Of a stretch of DNA of 64,000 nt, positions 20,773-30,862 are shown one piece after another. The translations under genes were made by a program, and so were the position numbers. The stretch's first letter is position 1, and each line of letters opens with the position of its first letter. Under the pieces are notes generated by a model. It did not search any database. It saw only the letters and a list, made by a program, of their open reading frames with translations, and was not told the origin of the DNA. Source of the stretch: Dehalococcoidia bacterium (GTDB lineage Bacteria; Chloroflexota; Dehalococcoidia; UBA6926); contig VXMO01000056.1 in assembly GCA_009841045.1 (NCBI GenBank), forward strand, positions 206-64,205, given 5' to 3'.

Positions 20773-20830
20773 CCCCTCCGCTGCCCTGTACCATAGCGTC
20801 AGGGGAGAGCAGGGGAGCACGGTATTTCCG

Positions 20831-21970
20831 ATGACAGCAGGATTCATGTACAGCCCGGAACTCACGCGAAATATCCTTCGTGAGGATCATGTGCTGCGTC
20901 CCATGCGCCTGCGACTCGTCTATGAGTTGTTGCAGGCGTACGGCGTATTTGACCATCCAAATGCAGTAGTGATTGAGCCGCGTGTTGCCACGCCGCAAGA
21001 ACTGATGACTTTCCATGGACGCGATTACGTGGAATCCGTAGAGGCGTTCAGTCGTGGCGAAGACCTCCATCGACAACATCGCTATGGATTCAGCGACTGG
21101 GGCGATAACCCTATCTCTGAGGGGATGTATGAGGCCGCGGCGCTGGCCGCAGGCGCTTCGCTTGTCGCAGCGGAATCCGTATGGAACGGCGATGCCGACG
21201 TTGTCTTCAACGCGGGCGGCGGTTACCACCACGCCGGCCCCGATTTCGCCTCGGGATTCTGTGTATTCAATGACGCCGTGATCGCTATCTTACGCCTGCT
21301 TGGGCTCGGCGCAGAACGTGTCGCCTATATCGACATCGATGCGCACCACGGTGACGGCGTGCAGAACGCCTTCTATTCCAGCAATCGTGTGTTGACGATC
21401 TCCATCCATCAGTCGGGACGCACACTTTTTCCCGGCACCGGAGAGACGACCGAGATGGGTGAAGAAGCAGGTGTGGGCTACGCCGTCAATGTGCCTCTCG
21501 CGCCCGGCACGCACAATGAGGCATACGCGCAAGTTCTGGAAAACGCGGTCGCGCCCCTAATTCGAAGCTTCAATCCCGATGTTCTCGTTACACAGCAAGG
21601 AATTGACACGCACATAGATGACCCACTCACTCACTTGCGACTCACCTCTGCGGGCCACACATCAGCCGTCGCGGCACTAGCGGATTTGTCCCCCGGCAAG
21701 TGGCTAGCCATGGGCGGCGGCGGATACGATCTCTCCGCCGTCGCGCGGTGCTGGGCGATGGATTTCGCCTTCATGGCGGGGGTTGATCTGCCGGACGAGA
21801 TACCTGGCTCGTACCAGGAGGCGTACGGACTGAAGCAGTTGCGTGATTCCCCCGCTCCCGACCTTTTGGAGGCTGATGATGCGCGCGTCTGGAGGGAGGC
21901 TGAGGAGTCCATTAAGCGCGTGCAGGAACTCATATTTCCTATCCATGGATTGGAGGCCGCAGCATCGTGA
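20831..21970 (+). CDS. Histone deacetylase-family amidohydrolase (AcuC/acetylpolyamine amidohydrolase-like)
   Basis: GGGYHHA, IDIDAHHGDG and GGGGY motifs. Confidence 0.88.
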   Translation: MTAGFMYSPELTRNILREDHVLRPMRLRLVYELLQAYGVFDHPNAVVIEPRVATPQELMTFHGRDYVESVEAFSRGEDLHRQHRYGFSDWGDNPISEGMYEAAALAAGASLVAAESVWNGDADVVFNAGGGYHHAGPDFASGFCVFNDAVIAILRLLGLGAERVAYIDIDAHHGDGVQNAFYSSNRVLTISIHQSGRTLFPGTGETTEMGEEAGVGYAVNVPLAPGTHNEAYAQVLENAVAPLIRSFNPDVLVTQQGIDTHIDDPLTHLRLTSAGHTSAVAALADLSPGKWLAMGGGGYDLSAVARCWAMDFAFMAGVDLPDEIPGSYQEAYGLKQLRDSPAPDLLEADDARVWREAEESIKRVQELIFPIHGLEAAAS

Positions 21971-23406
21971 CCGTTTCCACCCAATCACAGATTGCCTTTG
22001 GAACCGATGGCTGGCGCGCGATTATCGCGGAGGAGTTCACATTTGAAAACGTGCGCTACTGTGCCAAAGGTGTCGCGCAGTATCTGAAAGCTCAGGGCAC
22101 GGCCGGACAGGGTGTCATCGTGGGCTATGACACGCGATTCGGCTCGGAGCGATTTGCCGCCGCCATTGCGGAGGTGCTGGCCGCGGAAGGAGTGCCGTCC
22201 TACCTGTGCCAGACGTGGGCGCCGACGCCAACCGTCAGCTACAACGTCATCTCACAAAAGGCGGCAGGCGCCATCATTGTCACTGCAAGCCACAACCCAC
22301 CTGAATGGAATGGTTTCAAGTACAAGCCGGACTATGGGGGCTCTGCATCGCCGGAGATTATTGAAGCTGTTGAAAGAGAGATACATGCGGCAGAATTGAC
22401 CGGCACGCCGTCTGTGATGCCACTTGATGATGCACAGCGGAACGGGGTCGTTACCACGATTGACCCCCGCCCGGTCTATATCGATCAACTCCGCTCCCTG
22501 GTGGATGTTGAGCGCATCCGGGATGCAGGACTGCGCGTCGTTGTCGATCCAATGTACGGCGCGGGCATGGGCTACCTTGTGGACCTCCTTGGCGGCAGCA
22601 GAACCGAGTTGATAGAGATACACGGCGAACGTAACCCTGATTTTCCCGGTATGAGGCAACCGGAGCCAATCTCCCACAATCTCGGCGAACTGCGCGAGGC
22701 CGTCGTTCGATACGGCTACGGTGTGGGATTGGCGACCGACGGCGACGCGGACCGCGTTGGGGGTGTGGATGAGCGAGGTCGATTCCTCACACCTCTGCAA
22801 TTCTTCGCGCTGCTCGCTTTCTACATGTTGGAGATTCGAGGCGAGCGCGGCCCGTTGGTCAAATCCATTACAAGTTCGCGGATGATCGACATCCTCAGTG
22901 AGAAGTACGACGTGCCCGTGTATGAAGAGCCGGTCGGGTTCAAGTACGTTGGGCCGCGCATGATGGAGACGGACGCGTTGATTGGCGGCGAAGAGAGCGG
23001 CGGCTTTGGATTCCGCGGGCACGTGCCGGAGCGTGACGGTGTGCTTTCCGCACTCTACATTCTTGATGCAATGGCACGGACGGGCCGTTCTATGTCCGGT
23101 CTGATTGATTGGCTCTACGAAACTGTCGGGCCGCATCAATACGACCGCCTAGACCTTGAGTTCCCTGCCGCGCGCCGCGCTGAGGTGATGGGCAGCGTGG
23201 CGGAGAGTCAACCGTCAGAACTAGCGGGGGTGGCCGTCACGGAGATCTCAACTAAGGACGGCTATCATTTCATGCTTGACGACGGCTCATGGATGCTCAT
23301 CAGGTTCTCCGGCACGGAGCCGCTGTTGAGAATCTATGCCGAGGCCCGCTCCATGGAACGAGTTCAACGCCTCATCGGCGCAGGGCGAGACCTCACGGGA
23401 ATCTGA
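21967..23406 (+). CDS. Phosphoglucomutase/phosphomannomutase family protein
   Basis: Active-site TASHNPPEWNG, metal loop TDGDADR, GEESGG. The GTG start overlaps the upstream stop (GTGA). Confidence 0.9.
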   Translation: MTVSTQSQIAFGTDGWRAIIAEEFTFENVRYCAKGVAQYLKAQGTAGQGVIVGYDTRFGSERFAAAIAEVLAAEGVPSYLCQTWAPTPTVSYNVISQKAAGAIIVTASHNPPEWNGFKYKPDYGGSASPEIIEAVEREIHAAELTGTPSVMPLDDAQRNGVVTTIDPRPVYIDQLRSLVDVERIRDAGLRVVVDPMYGAGMGYLVDLLGGSRTELIEIHGERNPDFPGMRQPEPISHNLGELREAVVRYGYGVGLATDGDADRVGGVDERGRFLTPLQFFALLAFYMLEIRGERGPLVKSITSSRMIDILSEKYDVPVYEEPVGFKYVGPRMMETDALIGGEESGGFGFRGHVPERDGVLSALYILDAMARTGRSMSGLIDWLYETVGPHQYDRLDLEFPAARRAEVMGSVAESQPSELAGVAVTEISTKDGYHFMLDDGSWMLIRFSGTEPLLRIYAEARSMERVQRLIGAGRDLTGI

Positions 23407-23495
23407 TTTACCCTTAGCCACCCAAGTAATAGCCCAAGCCGGAACGCGGATTGCTAACATAAGGGGCCGCTCAAGGCTGATCGCGAAGTTTAAAA

Positions 23496-23897
23496 CTAAC
23501 GCTTGGAGTACTGTTGCTTCTTACGAGCGCGGAACAGACCGTACTTCTTGCGCTCCTTCTCGCGGGCGTCGCGGGTAAGGAATCCCGCCTTCTTGAGCAC
23601 GGGGCGCATCGACTCATCAAGGTTCGAAAGGGCACGAGCCAGTCCGTGACGGATGGCCTCGGCTTGCCCGGTTACGCCGCCCCCCGTGACCTTTACTGAA
23701 ATCGCAAACCGTCGCAGGGAATCCGTTGCGACAAGCGGCTGCAAGATTGAGCGGCGATGAATCTCCAGCGGGAATCGCTCCTCAAGCGGCTTGCCATCCA
23801 CGACAAACATGGACTCGGCCCCCGGCGTCACGCGTACGCGGGCTACCGCCCGCTTGCGCCGTCCCGTTCCCTGGAAATATCGACCTGCTGTCGTCAT
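23496..23897 (-). CDS. rpsI: 30S ribosomal protein S9
   Basis: GTGRRKRAVARV ... ARKKQQYSKR. Follows rplM. Confidence 0.97.
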   Translation of the reverse strand: MTTAGRYFQGTGRRKRAVARVRVTPGAESMFVVDGKPLEERFPLEIHRRSILQPLVATDSLRRFAISVKVTGGGVTGQAEAIRHGLARALSNLDESMRPVLKKAGFLTRDAREKERKKYGLFRARKKQQYSKR

Positions 23898-23933
23898 GCC
23901 TTTCCGTTCTCCTCCCCGGGAGTCGCTCTGTTC

Positions 23934-24854
23934 TTATCCCTGTTCCTCGGCCTCGTCGCTGTCGTCCGCCGCCTCTGACGGGGCTTCTTCAGCAGCTTGC
24001 GCGGCGGTACGCCGTCGTCTACGAGTCGGCGCTGGCGCTGCCTCCTCGCCGTCTTGCGCCTCAGAGATTGTCTCTGCTGGCGTTTCCTCGGCAGCCTTCG
24101 CAGTAGTACGGCGTCGTCTGCGAGTCGGCGCGGGCGCAGCTTCCTCAGTGTCCTGCGTCTCGGTCGTCGCCTCCGGCGGAGTTTCCTCGGCAGCCTGTGC
24201 GGCAGTGCGCCGCCGTCTGCGAGTTGGGGCGGGTGCAGCTTCTTCAGTGTCCTGCGTCTCGGTAGCTGTTGCCTCCGGCGGGGTTTCCTCGGCAGCCTGC
24301 GCAGCAGCGCGTCGTCGCCTACGGGTTGGCGGCACAACCGGCGCTGCCTCCTCGGGAGCGGCAACCGGTTCCGGCGCAGCAACCTGCGCCTCCAGCTCTG
24401 CCTGCTTGCGACGGCCCGCCGCTCCCATACCGGCGCGTACTTGCGCCTCATGCGGGTGCTCAGGTCCGGCGTAGACATGTAGGCGGCGAAGATTCTGCCT
24501 GCCAAGCCGATTGTGCGGCAGCATGCCCTTCACGGCGTTCTGGATGATGCGTTCCGGGTGCTTTTCCCGGACCGTGGACAGCGTGACTGCGCGTAGCCCG
24601 CCCGGGTACTGCGTGTGGCGATAGTAGGTCTTCTGATCCTCTTTCTGCCCCGTCACGCGCACCTTTTCGGCATTGACGACAATAACGTTGTCGCCGACTG
24701 ACATGTGCATCGTATATGTCGGCTTGTCCTTGCCGCGCAGGATGGCTGCAATCCGGGTTGCAAGACGTCCAAGCGTCTCGCCTTCCGCGTCGATGACGCG
24801 CCATCCGCGCTCAATTTCGCTCTTTTTGGGGCTGAATGTTCGTACACGTGCCAT
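23934..24854 (-). CDS. rplM: 50S ribosomal protein L13 with a ~165-aa C-terminal repeat extension
   Basis: Core MARVRTFSPKKSEIERGWRVIDAEG...HVYAGPEHPHEAQ. ATG at 24854 with GAGG upstream, 10 nt after the truA stop. The ORF continues through four tandem repeats. Confidence 0.93.
   Translation of the reverse strand: MARVRTFSPKKSEIERGWRVIDAEGETLGRLATRIAAILRGKDKPTYTMHMSVGDNVIVVNAEKVRVTGQKEDQKTYYRHTQYPGGLRAVTLSTVREKHPERIIQNAVKGMLPHNRLGRQNLRRLHVYAGPEHPHEAQVRAGMGAAGRRKQAELEAQVAAPEPVAAPEEAAPVVPPTRRRRRAAAQAAEETPPEATATETQDTEEAAPAPTRRRRRTAAQAAEETPPEATTETQDTEEAAPAPTRRRRRTTAKAAEETPAETISEAQDGEEAAPAPTRRRRRTAAQAAEEAPSEAADDSDEAEEQG
23982..24353 (-). repeat. Four in-frame tandem repeats (108, 99, 99, ~99 bp) inside rplM
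   Basis: Protein units EEAAPAPTRRRRRTAAQAAEETPPEATTETQDT starting at ORF-track residues 180, 216, 249 and 282. The DNA periodicity is visible directly. Confidence 0.9.
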
Positions 24855-24864
24855 GGAGATTGCC

Positions 24865-25683
24865 TCAGTCTTCAAGGATTCCGTCGTCATATGTGACGCC
24901 CATCAGGCACAGACCGGCGGCGGGCATCGTCCATGTCGCCTCGCCCGGCTCGCCCTCACGCGCAAGGCGATGAAACTCTGTCGCGCTCATCTGTCCCGTG
25001 CCCACCTGCACGAGAGCGCCGGCGACTCGCCGAACCTGGTGGGGCAGGAAGCCGCTCCCACGCAGGTCAATCGTCACAATATCACCGTCGCGCGTGACTG
25101 CTGCATTGTCGTAGCGTCGTAGCGGGTTGCGGTCTGCAGGCAAAAGGCCTGTAAATGGCCGCGCGTCCAGCCAGCCGTCCAGGGCGCGTATCGCCTCCGC
25201 CATCGCCGCCTCATCAAGGTGCTCCTTGACGTGCGCCGCCTGCTGACGCAGAAGCGCGGATGGTGACAGGCGGTTGATGATGGTGTAGCGGTAGTGGCGT
25301 GAGCGGGCGTCCCGCGTGACGTCAAACGATGCGGGTGCCCACTGCGCCTTGGTCACACTGATGTCATTCGGCAGATAGTGGTTCAGTCCTGTCACATAAC
25401 GATCAAGGGGCAGTTCGGTCACTGGCTGAAAGGTAATGACCTGCCCGCGCGCGCTCGCGCCTGAATCAGTGCGCCCTGCCGCGGCGATGCGATAGTGTTG
25501 CCCAGTCAGCTTCAGGAGAGCGTCCTCGATCTCGCCCTGGATTGTTGGAATCCCGGGCTTTTGCAGCTGCATTCCTTGGTAACGCGCTCCTGCGTACTCG
25601 ATAGTGAGTACCACGAGACGGTCTGCCACCGCAGGCAGTGCAACGTCGCCGTTTGGCTTGCTAAGGGCAGTGGTCTGCATCAT
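24865..25683 (-). CDS. truA: tRNA pseudouridine(38-40) synthase
   Basis: AAGRTDSGASARGQV catalytic Asp motif. Positioned between rplQ and rplM. Confidence 0.9.
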   Translation of the reverse strand: MMQTTALSKPNGDVALPAVADRLVVLTIEYAGARYQGMQLQKPGIPTIQGEIEDALLKLTGQHYRIAAAGRTDSGASARGQVITFQPVTELPLDRYVTGLNHYLPNDISVTKAQWAPASFDVTRDARSRHYRYTIINRLSPSALLRQQAAHVKEHLDEAAMAEAIRALDGWLDARPFTGLLPADRNPLRRYDNAAVTRDGDIVTIDLRGSGFLPHQVRRVAGALVQVGTGQMSATEFHRLAREGEPGEATWTMPAAGLCLMGVTYDDGILED

Positions 25684-25691
25684 CCGATTAC

Positions 25692-26042
25692 CTAGACAAG
25701 CTCCAGCCGCACCATCGGCGCAGCATCGCCCTGTCGGGGTCCGATCTTGATGATTCGTGTGAATCCGCCCGGGCGGTCCTGGTACCGCTCTCCATAGACA
25801 CGGAAGAGCTTGTCCACCACGTCCTTGTCCGGGATGAACTTGAGCGCGCGCCGACGAGCCGGGAGACTGCCGTCCTTGCCAAGCGTCACCATGCGCTCTG
25901 CAAAACTCCGCGTCTCCTTGGCCTTGGCCTCAGTCGTCACAATAGCCTCACGCAGGAACAGGTCCCTCGTTAGATTGCGGTACATCAGCATCCGCGGCGC
26001 GGTTTTTCTGCCGAGCGTACGGCCTGAAACGCGGTGTCTCAT
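25692..26042 (-). CDS. rplQ: 50S ribosomal protein L17
   Basis: MRHRVSGRTLGR...GGFTRI. Follows rpoA. Confidence 0.97.
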   Translation of the reverse strand: MRHRVSGRTLGRKTAPRMLMYRNLTRDLFLREAIVTTEAKAKETRSFAERMVTLGKDGSLPARRRALKFIPDKDVVDKLFRVYGERYQDRPGGFTRIIKIGPRQGDAAPMVRLELV

Positions 26043-26054
26043 GATTTGCGATTC

Positions 26055-27236
26055 CTACTCCTCGTCCTCATCGTCCGGGGCGAACGAGCGGCGCGAATAG
26101 TGGGTCAGATCCACTTCGGAGACATCCTCGTCAGGGCCCATCGAGAAGACTGATCGACCGTTGGATTCGTCCGCGTCTCCATCCGCTCCCTGCTCAGCCC
26201 CGGCGCCCACTGTCCCCTCAGCGCTCGGAACGAGCGTCGCCAGCGGGACGCGCCGCCAGGCGCGATCCTCATCATCCTCCGGAATCGCCACACCCATCTC
26301 GCGCAGCCGCTGAACGAGCTCATTGAGAGACTGTTCGCCAAAGTTGCGCAGTTCAAGGAGCTCCGCCGCGGACTTCTCCAGCACATGCCCCACCGTAGCC
26401 AAATTGCCGCGCCGCAGGCTGTTTTGCGTGCGTGTGGAGAGATGGAGGTCCTCGATGGTGATCGCGGACAGTGAGGGCGGAATGCTGAGGCCTGACTGCT
26501 GTCCGCCGGGGAGAGCCGCCGGTTCTCCGAGGGAGGCGAATGGCTGAAGCTGGTCAATGATAATCTGCGTGCCCTTTCGAACGGCGTCCTCGGGTGTGAT
26601 AGTGCCGTCAGTCCACACCTCAAGCACCAGCCGATCAAAGTCCGTCACCTGGCCGACGCGGGTCGCCTCAACCTCAAAGTTTGCGCGGCGAATGGGCGTG
26701 AAGATAGCGTCCACGGGCAGGATGCCGATGGGGTCCTCCACCGAGGTCTCCGCCGCCCTGAAGCCGGTTCCCTGCTCGACGGTGAACTCGACTGACAACT
26801 GGGCATCCTTGCTGTCGGCATTGAGCAGCACGAGATTAGGGTTGACGATCGTGTAATCGCCGTGCCGCTGGATGTCGCCGGCGGTAATTTCCCCTTCTTT
26901 CCCGCTCACATCAAGCCGCATTGTACCCGGGCGTCCTGTGATGGACTGGATGCGTATGTCCTTCACGTTCAGCAGGAAATCCACCATGTCCTCACGAACG
27001 TGGGGCAGGGTGGAATATTCATGCTGAGCGCCTTCAATGCGGACCGCGGTAATGGCTACACCGGGCAGCGAATTCAGCAAGACACGCCGAATGGCGTTGC
27101 CAAGTGTTACGCCGAAGCCCTGCGTTAGCGGCTCGATGATGAACCGGCCGTACGAGTCCTGTGACCGGTCGGTCGTGATCTCAGGAGCAAGGCTCGCGGT
27201 TTCCAGCTGTAGTTCTGCCTCAGTCATCAGGGTCAA
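26055..27236 (-). CDS. rpoA: DNA-directed RNA polymerase alpha subunit with a ~75-aa acidic C-terminal extension
   Basis: GFGVTLGNAIRRVLL (NTD) and LSTRTQNSLRRGNLATVG (CTD HhH). 393 aa, versus about 315-330 aa for typical RpoA. Confidence 0.95.
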   Translation of the reverse strand: MTLMTEAELQLETASLAPEITTDRSQDSYGRFIIEPLTQGFGVTLGNAIRRVLLNSLPGVAITAVRIEGAQHEYSTLPHVREDMVDFLLNVKDIRIQSITGRPGTMRLDVSGKEGEITAGDIQRHGDYTIVNPNLVLLNADSKDAQLSVEFTVEQGTGFRAAETSVEDPIGILPVDAIFTPIRRANFEVEATRVGQVTDFDRLVLEVWTDGTITPEDAVRKGTQIIIDQLQPFASLGEPAALPGGQQSGLSIPPSLSAITIEDLHLSTRTQNSLRRGNLATVGHVLEKSAAELLELRNFGEQSLNELVQRLREMGVAIPEDDEDRAWRRVPLATLVPSAEGTVGAGAEQGADGDADESNGRSVFSMGPDEDVSEVDLTHYSRRSFAPDDEDEE

Positions 27237-27299
27237 GAGTTTTGCCTCCCTGTCGTACAGGTACGCGTGTGCAGTCTGCGCCCTCGCATTCCGCGGTTT

Positions 27300-27935
27300 C
27301 TACCGTGAATAAAACTCAACAATCAGGCGGTCATCAATGCGGATGTCCATGTCGGCCCGCTCGGGCTGCCGCAGCATTCGACCTACCATGTTCCGCGCAT
27401 CCATTTGCAGCCACTCCGGCGCCTGCCGCCGCTGCGCCTGGTATTGGACAATCTCATATTGCGTCGTGCTGGTGGAGCTGGGCACCCATGTGATCTCCGC
27501 CCCCTCCTTGACGCTGATGGATGGCGTACGCGCTCGGCGGCCGTTCACGGCCAAATGCCCGTGAGACACCATCTGGCGCGCCTCTTTTCTCGAGTTGGCC
27601 CATCCAAGTCGATAGACCACGTTGTCCAGCCGCGTCTCAAGGATCTTGAGGAGATTCTCGCCCGTCGCGCCGCGCTGTCGGGCGGCGACCGCATAGTGCC
27701 TGCGGAACTGGCGCTCAAGCACGCCGTAAATGTGGCGAGCCTTTTGCTTCTCCCTCAGGTGGATTCCCCACTCCGAGAGTCGCCGTCGGCGGCGATTGCC
27801 CGTGGTTGATTCGCCGGGCGCGCTGCGGCGCCGCTCAATGGCGCATTTCGGTGTATAGCAACGCTCTCCCTTGAGAAAGAGTTTTATTCCTTGTCGCCGG
27901 CACAGCCGGCAGACCGGCCCCGTATATCGAGCCAT
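27300..27935 (-). CDS. rpsD: 30S ribosomal protein S4 (Cys-containing zinc-finger form)
   Basis: MARYTGPVCRLCRRQG...CYTPKC. Confidence 0.97.
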   Translation of the reverse strand: MARYTGPVCRLCRRQGIKLFLKGERCYTPKCAIERRRSAPGESTTGNRRRRRLSEWGIHLREKQKARHIYGVLERQFRRHYAVAARQRGATGENLLKILETRLDNVVYRLGWANSRKEARQMVSHGHLAVNGRRARTPSISVKEGAEITWVPSSTSTTQYEIVQYQAQRRQAPEWLQMDARNMVGRMLRQPERADMDIRIDDRLIVEFYSR

Positions 27936-28027
27936 CCGTTACGCGTTCCTCCTGTTTGTACGCATGACCGCAAACACTCTGTGTACCGCTATCCGCGTCA
28001 TTTGACTTCTGATATTCACTTAGGTGA

Positions 28028-28420
28028 CTAGACGCGGCGACGCTTTCGCGGTCGGCAGCCGTTGTGCGGTATCGGTGTTGTATCCCTGATGGCGGTGACA
28101 ACAAGGCCCGTGGCTTGTAGTGAGCGGATTGCCGCCTCACGGCCGCTGCCGGGGCCTTTCACACGCACTTCCACGTGCTGCAGTCCGTGCTCCATGCCAC
28201 GCCGCGCAGTCTCTTCGGCAGCGCGCTGCGCCGCGAAGGCCGTCCCCTTGCGGGAACCGCGGAAGCCAACCGCGCCGCCGCTGCCGGAGGCAATCACGTT
28301 CCCAACCGGGTCAGTCAATGTGACAACCGTGTTATTGAACGTAGCGTAGATGTACGCCCGACCATAGGGCACAGACTTGCGCTCTCTCCGGCGCACTCGC
28401 TGGCGTCCTCGTCTCGCCAT
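28028..28420 (-). CDS. rpsK: 30S ribosomal protein S11
   Basis: [18 protein letters not shown]...[19 protein letters not shown]. Confidence 0.97.
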   Translation of the reverse strand: MARRGRQRVRRRERKSVPYGRAYIYATFNNTVVTLTDPVGNVIASGSGGAVGFRGSRKGTAFAAQRAAEETARRGMEHGLQHVEVRVKGPGSGREAAIRSLQATGLVVTAIRDTTPIPHNGCRPRKRRRV

Positions 28421-28509
28421 GTGTCGCTATTGCTCCTTTCGGCGGGCAGTCACATACTCGCGCGTCTTGGCGAGTGGGCCCTGTTCCCTTCTCAGTAGTA
28501 GGTCGTGAT

Positions 28510-28893
28510 TTACTTGCGAGCGGCCCGCCTCTTGCCGGCCACCGTGCGCTTGGGACCCTTGCGGATGCGCGCGTTGGTACGCGTTCGCTGACCGCGTACA
28601 GGCAACCCCATTCGATGCCTGACGCCACGGTAGCTGCCAATCTCAATGAGCCTACGGATGTTCATGGCAATCTCACGTCGCAGATCACCCTCAATCAGAT
28701 ACCCGCCCCGCTCGATGGCCTCACGTAGCAGCGCCATCTCCTGCTCGGTCAGGTCATGCACTCGTCGGTCGGGGTCGACCCCGGACCGGTCGAGGATCTC
28801 GCCCGCCCGGCGCGGACCGACGCCGTAGATATAGCGAAGTGAATAAGCGACCTTCTTGTTATCCGGAATATCCGCCCCGGCTATTCGTACCAT
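28510..28893 (-). CDS. rpsM: 30S ribosomal protein S13
   Basis: [15 protein letters not shown]...SYRGVRHR. Confidence 0.97.
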   Translation of the reverse strand: MVRIAGADIPDNKKVAYSLRYIYGVGPRRAGEILDRSGVDPDRRVHDLTEQEMALLREAIERGGYLIEGDLRREIAMNIRRLIEIGSYRGVRHRMGLPVRGQRTRTNARIRKGPKRTVAGKRRAARK

Positions 28894-28915
28894 CCGTCCG
28901 TCCCGTTCTCCCCGT

Positions 28916-29029
28916 TTAGCCTTGTCTCTGCTTGCACTTTGGGTTCACGCAGATCACGAACAGCCGACGCTTGCGTCGAACAATACGGCATTTGCTGCAC
29001 CGTGCCTTCACGGACGCTGATACTTTCAT
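28916..29029 (-). CDS. rpmJ: 50S ribosomal protein L36 (not in the ORF track, 37 aa)
   Basis: Hand translation gives [37 protein letters not shown] then TAA. Canonical position between infA and rpsM. Confidence 0.95.
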   Translation of the reverse strand: MKVSASVKARCSKCRIVRRKRRLFVICVNPKCKQRQG

Positions 29030-29075
29030 GTCGCGCTGTCCTGTTTCCCTGCTTGTTTTCCAACGTTTGGTGAAT

Positions 29076-29303
29076 TTAGCGGAACCGGTACGTCACCCGT
29101 CCCCGCTTCAAGTCATACGGCGAAAGCTCAACTAAGACGCGATCTCCGGGCAGGATGCGAATAAAATTGAGCCTGATCTTTCCGGAGGCATGTGCCAGCA
29201 CCGAATGCTCATTCGGCAAGTCCACACGAAACATGCCGTTTGGGAGAGCTTCCCGCACGGTACCCTCAACCTCGATTGTTTCCTTCTTGTTCTTTTGAGT
29301 CAT
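29076..29303 (-). CDS. infA: Translation initiation factor IF-1
   Basis: [20 protein letters not shown]...GRVTYRFR. Confidence 0.97.
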   Translation of the reverse strand: MTQKNKKETIEVEGTVREALPNGMFRVDLPNEHSVLAHASGKIRLNFIRILPGDRVLVELSPYDLKRGRVTYRFR

Positions 29304-29368
29304 ACCTCGCCCATCAGATAGGCCGCAAGAACTATAAGTATGCCATAGCGCGAATACAAAATGCTATG

Positions 29369-30172
29369 TCACGGCTTCCCCGTCCGGCTGGTCAGCACCT
29401 CCGGCCCGTCTTCCGTCACAACGATTGTGTGTTCCCAATGGGCGGACAGGCTCCCGTCCGCGGTTGAGACAGTCCAGTCGTCTTCTTCTACGACGGTCTG
29501 CCAGCCGCCAAGCGTCAACATCGGCTCCAGCGCTATCGTAACGCCTGGACGCAGGCGAAATCGCCGCAAACCTCGGCGACCCGTGCTATCAAAATCGGCG
29601 ACATTGTTCGGTATCCAGGGATTCTCGTGCATCTGCGTGCCGATCCCGTGTCCACCGTACCCGCGAACCATGCTGTAGCCGCGTGGCTCGGCGTAGTCCC
29701 TGATAGCGGTCGTTAGATCCCAAAGCCCGTTTCCCGACCGGGCTGCGTCGATGCAGGCGATTAACGACTGGCGCGTGTCCTCAATGAGGTCCTTTGCCTG
29801 ATCAGGGATATCGCCAATCGCGAATGTGATTGCCGAATCACCGTGATAGCCGTCGTAAATCGCTCCGCAGTCGATGGAGAGGATGTCTCCGTCCTTGATT
29901 TTCCGGGGGCCGGGGATACCATGAACGACTTCGGTGTTGAATGACGTGCAGATGTGTCCAGGGAAGCCCTGGTAGCCGAGGAACGATGGAATGCCGCCCC
30001 GCCCGCGAATCTCGCGCCCCGCGATTTCGTCCAACTGTGCCGACGTCATGCCGGGCTTGGCGGCGTCACGCAGAATGTTCAGCGTATCAGCCACAATGTG
30101 TCCCGCCTTGCGCATGAGGTCGATCTCACGTGGGGACTTCACCGTCGGCGATTGTGTGCTGTTAAGTACCAT
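29369..30172 (-). CDS. map: Type I methionine aminopeptidase
   Basis: Metal ligand contexts ILSIDCGA, YHGDSAITF, GHGIG, LEPM and WEHTIVVT. Confidence 0.95.
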   Translation of the reverse strand: MVLNSTQSPTVKSPREIDLMRKAGHIVADTLNILRDAAKPGMTSAQLDEIAGREIRGRGGIPSFLGYQGFPGHICTSFNTEVVHGIPGPRKIKDGDILSIDCGAIYDGYHGDSAITFAIGDIPDQAKDLIEDTRQSLIACIDAARSGNGLWDLTTAIRDYAEPRGYSMVRGYGGHGIGTQMHENPWIPNNVADFDSTGRRGLRRFRLRPGVTIALEPMLTLGGWQTVVEEDDWTVSTADGSLSAHWEHTIVVTEDGPEVLTSRTGKP

Positions 30173-30196
30173 TGTGGACCTCTGGAAGTTTGGGTC

Positions 30197-30847
30197 TTAC
30201 TCGAGTGCCGCGAGCAAATCCGCCCGAACGCTCTCGATCTCCTGCTCGCCGTTGATGCTGGTCAAGATTCCCTGAGCCGTGTAGTAGTCAATGAGCGGCG
30301 CAGTCTGGTCTTGGTACACGCCCAGGCGGTTCCGCACTGTCTCAGGCTTGTCATCGTCTCGTTGGTACAGCTCCCCGTCCTCCGGGTCACACACGTCGCA
30401 CAAGCCATCCTTCTTCGGCGGATTGTTGATCACATGGAAGGGTTTCTGGCATGTGCGGCAGATCCAGCGTCCGCTCAGGCGGCGAACCAACTCATCTTCC
30501 GAGACATCGACCAGCAGGACCTTGTCGATGTTCTCGTTGCGGCTCTTGAGCGCATCGTCCAGCGCCTCTGCCTGCGCCAGGCTCCGTGGAAAACCGTCCA
30601 GAATGTACCCGTCCGCTGCGTCCGGTTGCGATATGCGTTCCAGCAGCATCCGCACAGTTACGTTGTCCGGCACCAGCTCGCCGCGATCCATGTATGACTT
30701 GGCCTCCAACCCGAGTGGGGTGCCCTGTGAGAGAGCGGCACGGAAAAGGTCGCCGGTTGCGATGTGCGGCGCGTTCAGCTCCTCGTTTAGGGTCGCTGCC
30801 TGTGTGCCCTTGCCCGCGCCCGGCGCTCCAAGAAGAATGATTCGCAT
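30197..30847 (-). CDS. adk: Adenylate kinase (Cys4 zinc-lid form)
   Basis: P-loop GAPGAGKGTQ. Lid CRTC...CDVC. Confidence 0.96.
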   Translation of the reverse strand: MRIILLGAPGAGKGTQAATLNEELNAPHIATGDLFRAALSQGTPLGLEAKSYMDRGELVPDNVTVRMLLERISQPDAADGYILDGFPRSLAQAEALDDALKSRNENIDKVLLVDVSEDELVRRLSGRWICRTCQKPFHVINNPPKKDGLCDVCDPEDGELYQRDDDKPETVRNRLGVYQDQTAPLIDYYTAQGILTSINGEQEIESVRADLLAALE

Positions 30848-30862
30848 TCGTTGAACTCCTGC

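Noticed and set aside
23982-24353. Tandem repeats considered as a possible CRISPR array or minisatellite
   Set aside because: The repeats are contiguous with no spacers, are multiples of 3 bp, and lie in frame inside a conserved gene. There are no cas genes in the window.
23791-24505. Several 160-230-aa ORFs on both strands over the rplM repeat region (for example 23791..24474 +, 23894..24505 -)
   Set aside because: They are alternative frames of the 99-bp tandem repeat, Ala/Arg/Ser-rich and without starts supported by an SD. The L13 frame is continuous with the conserved core.
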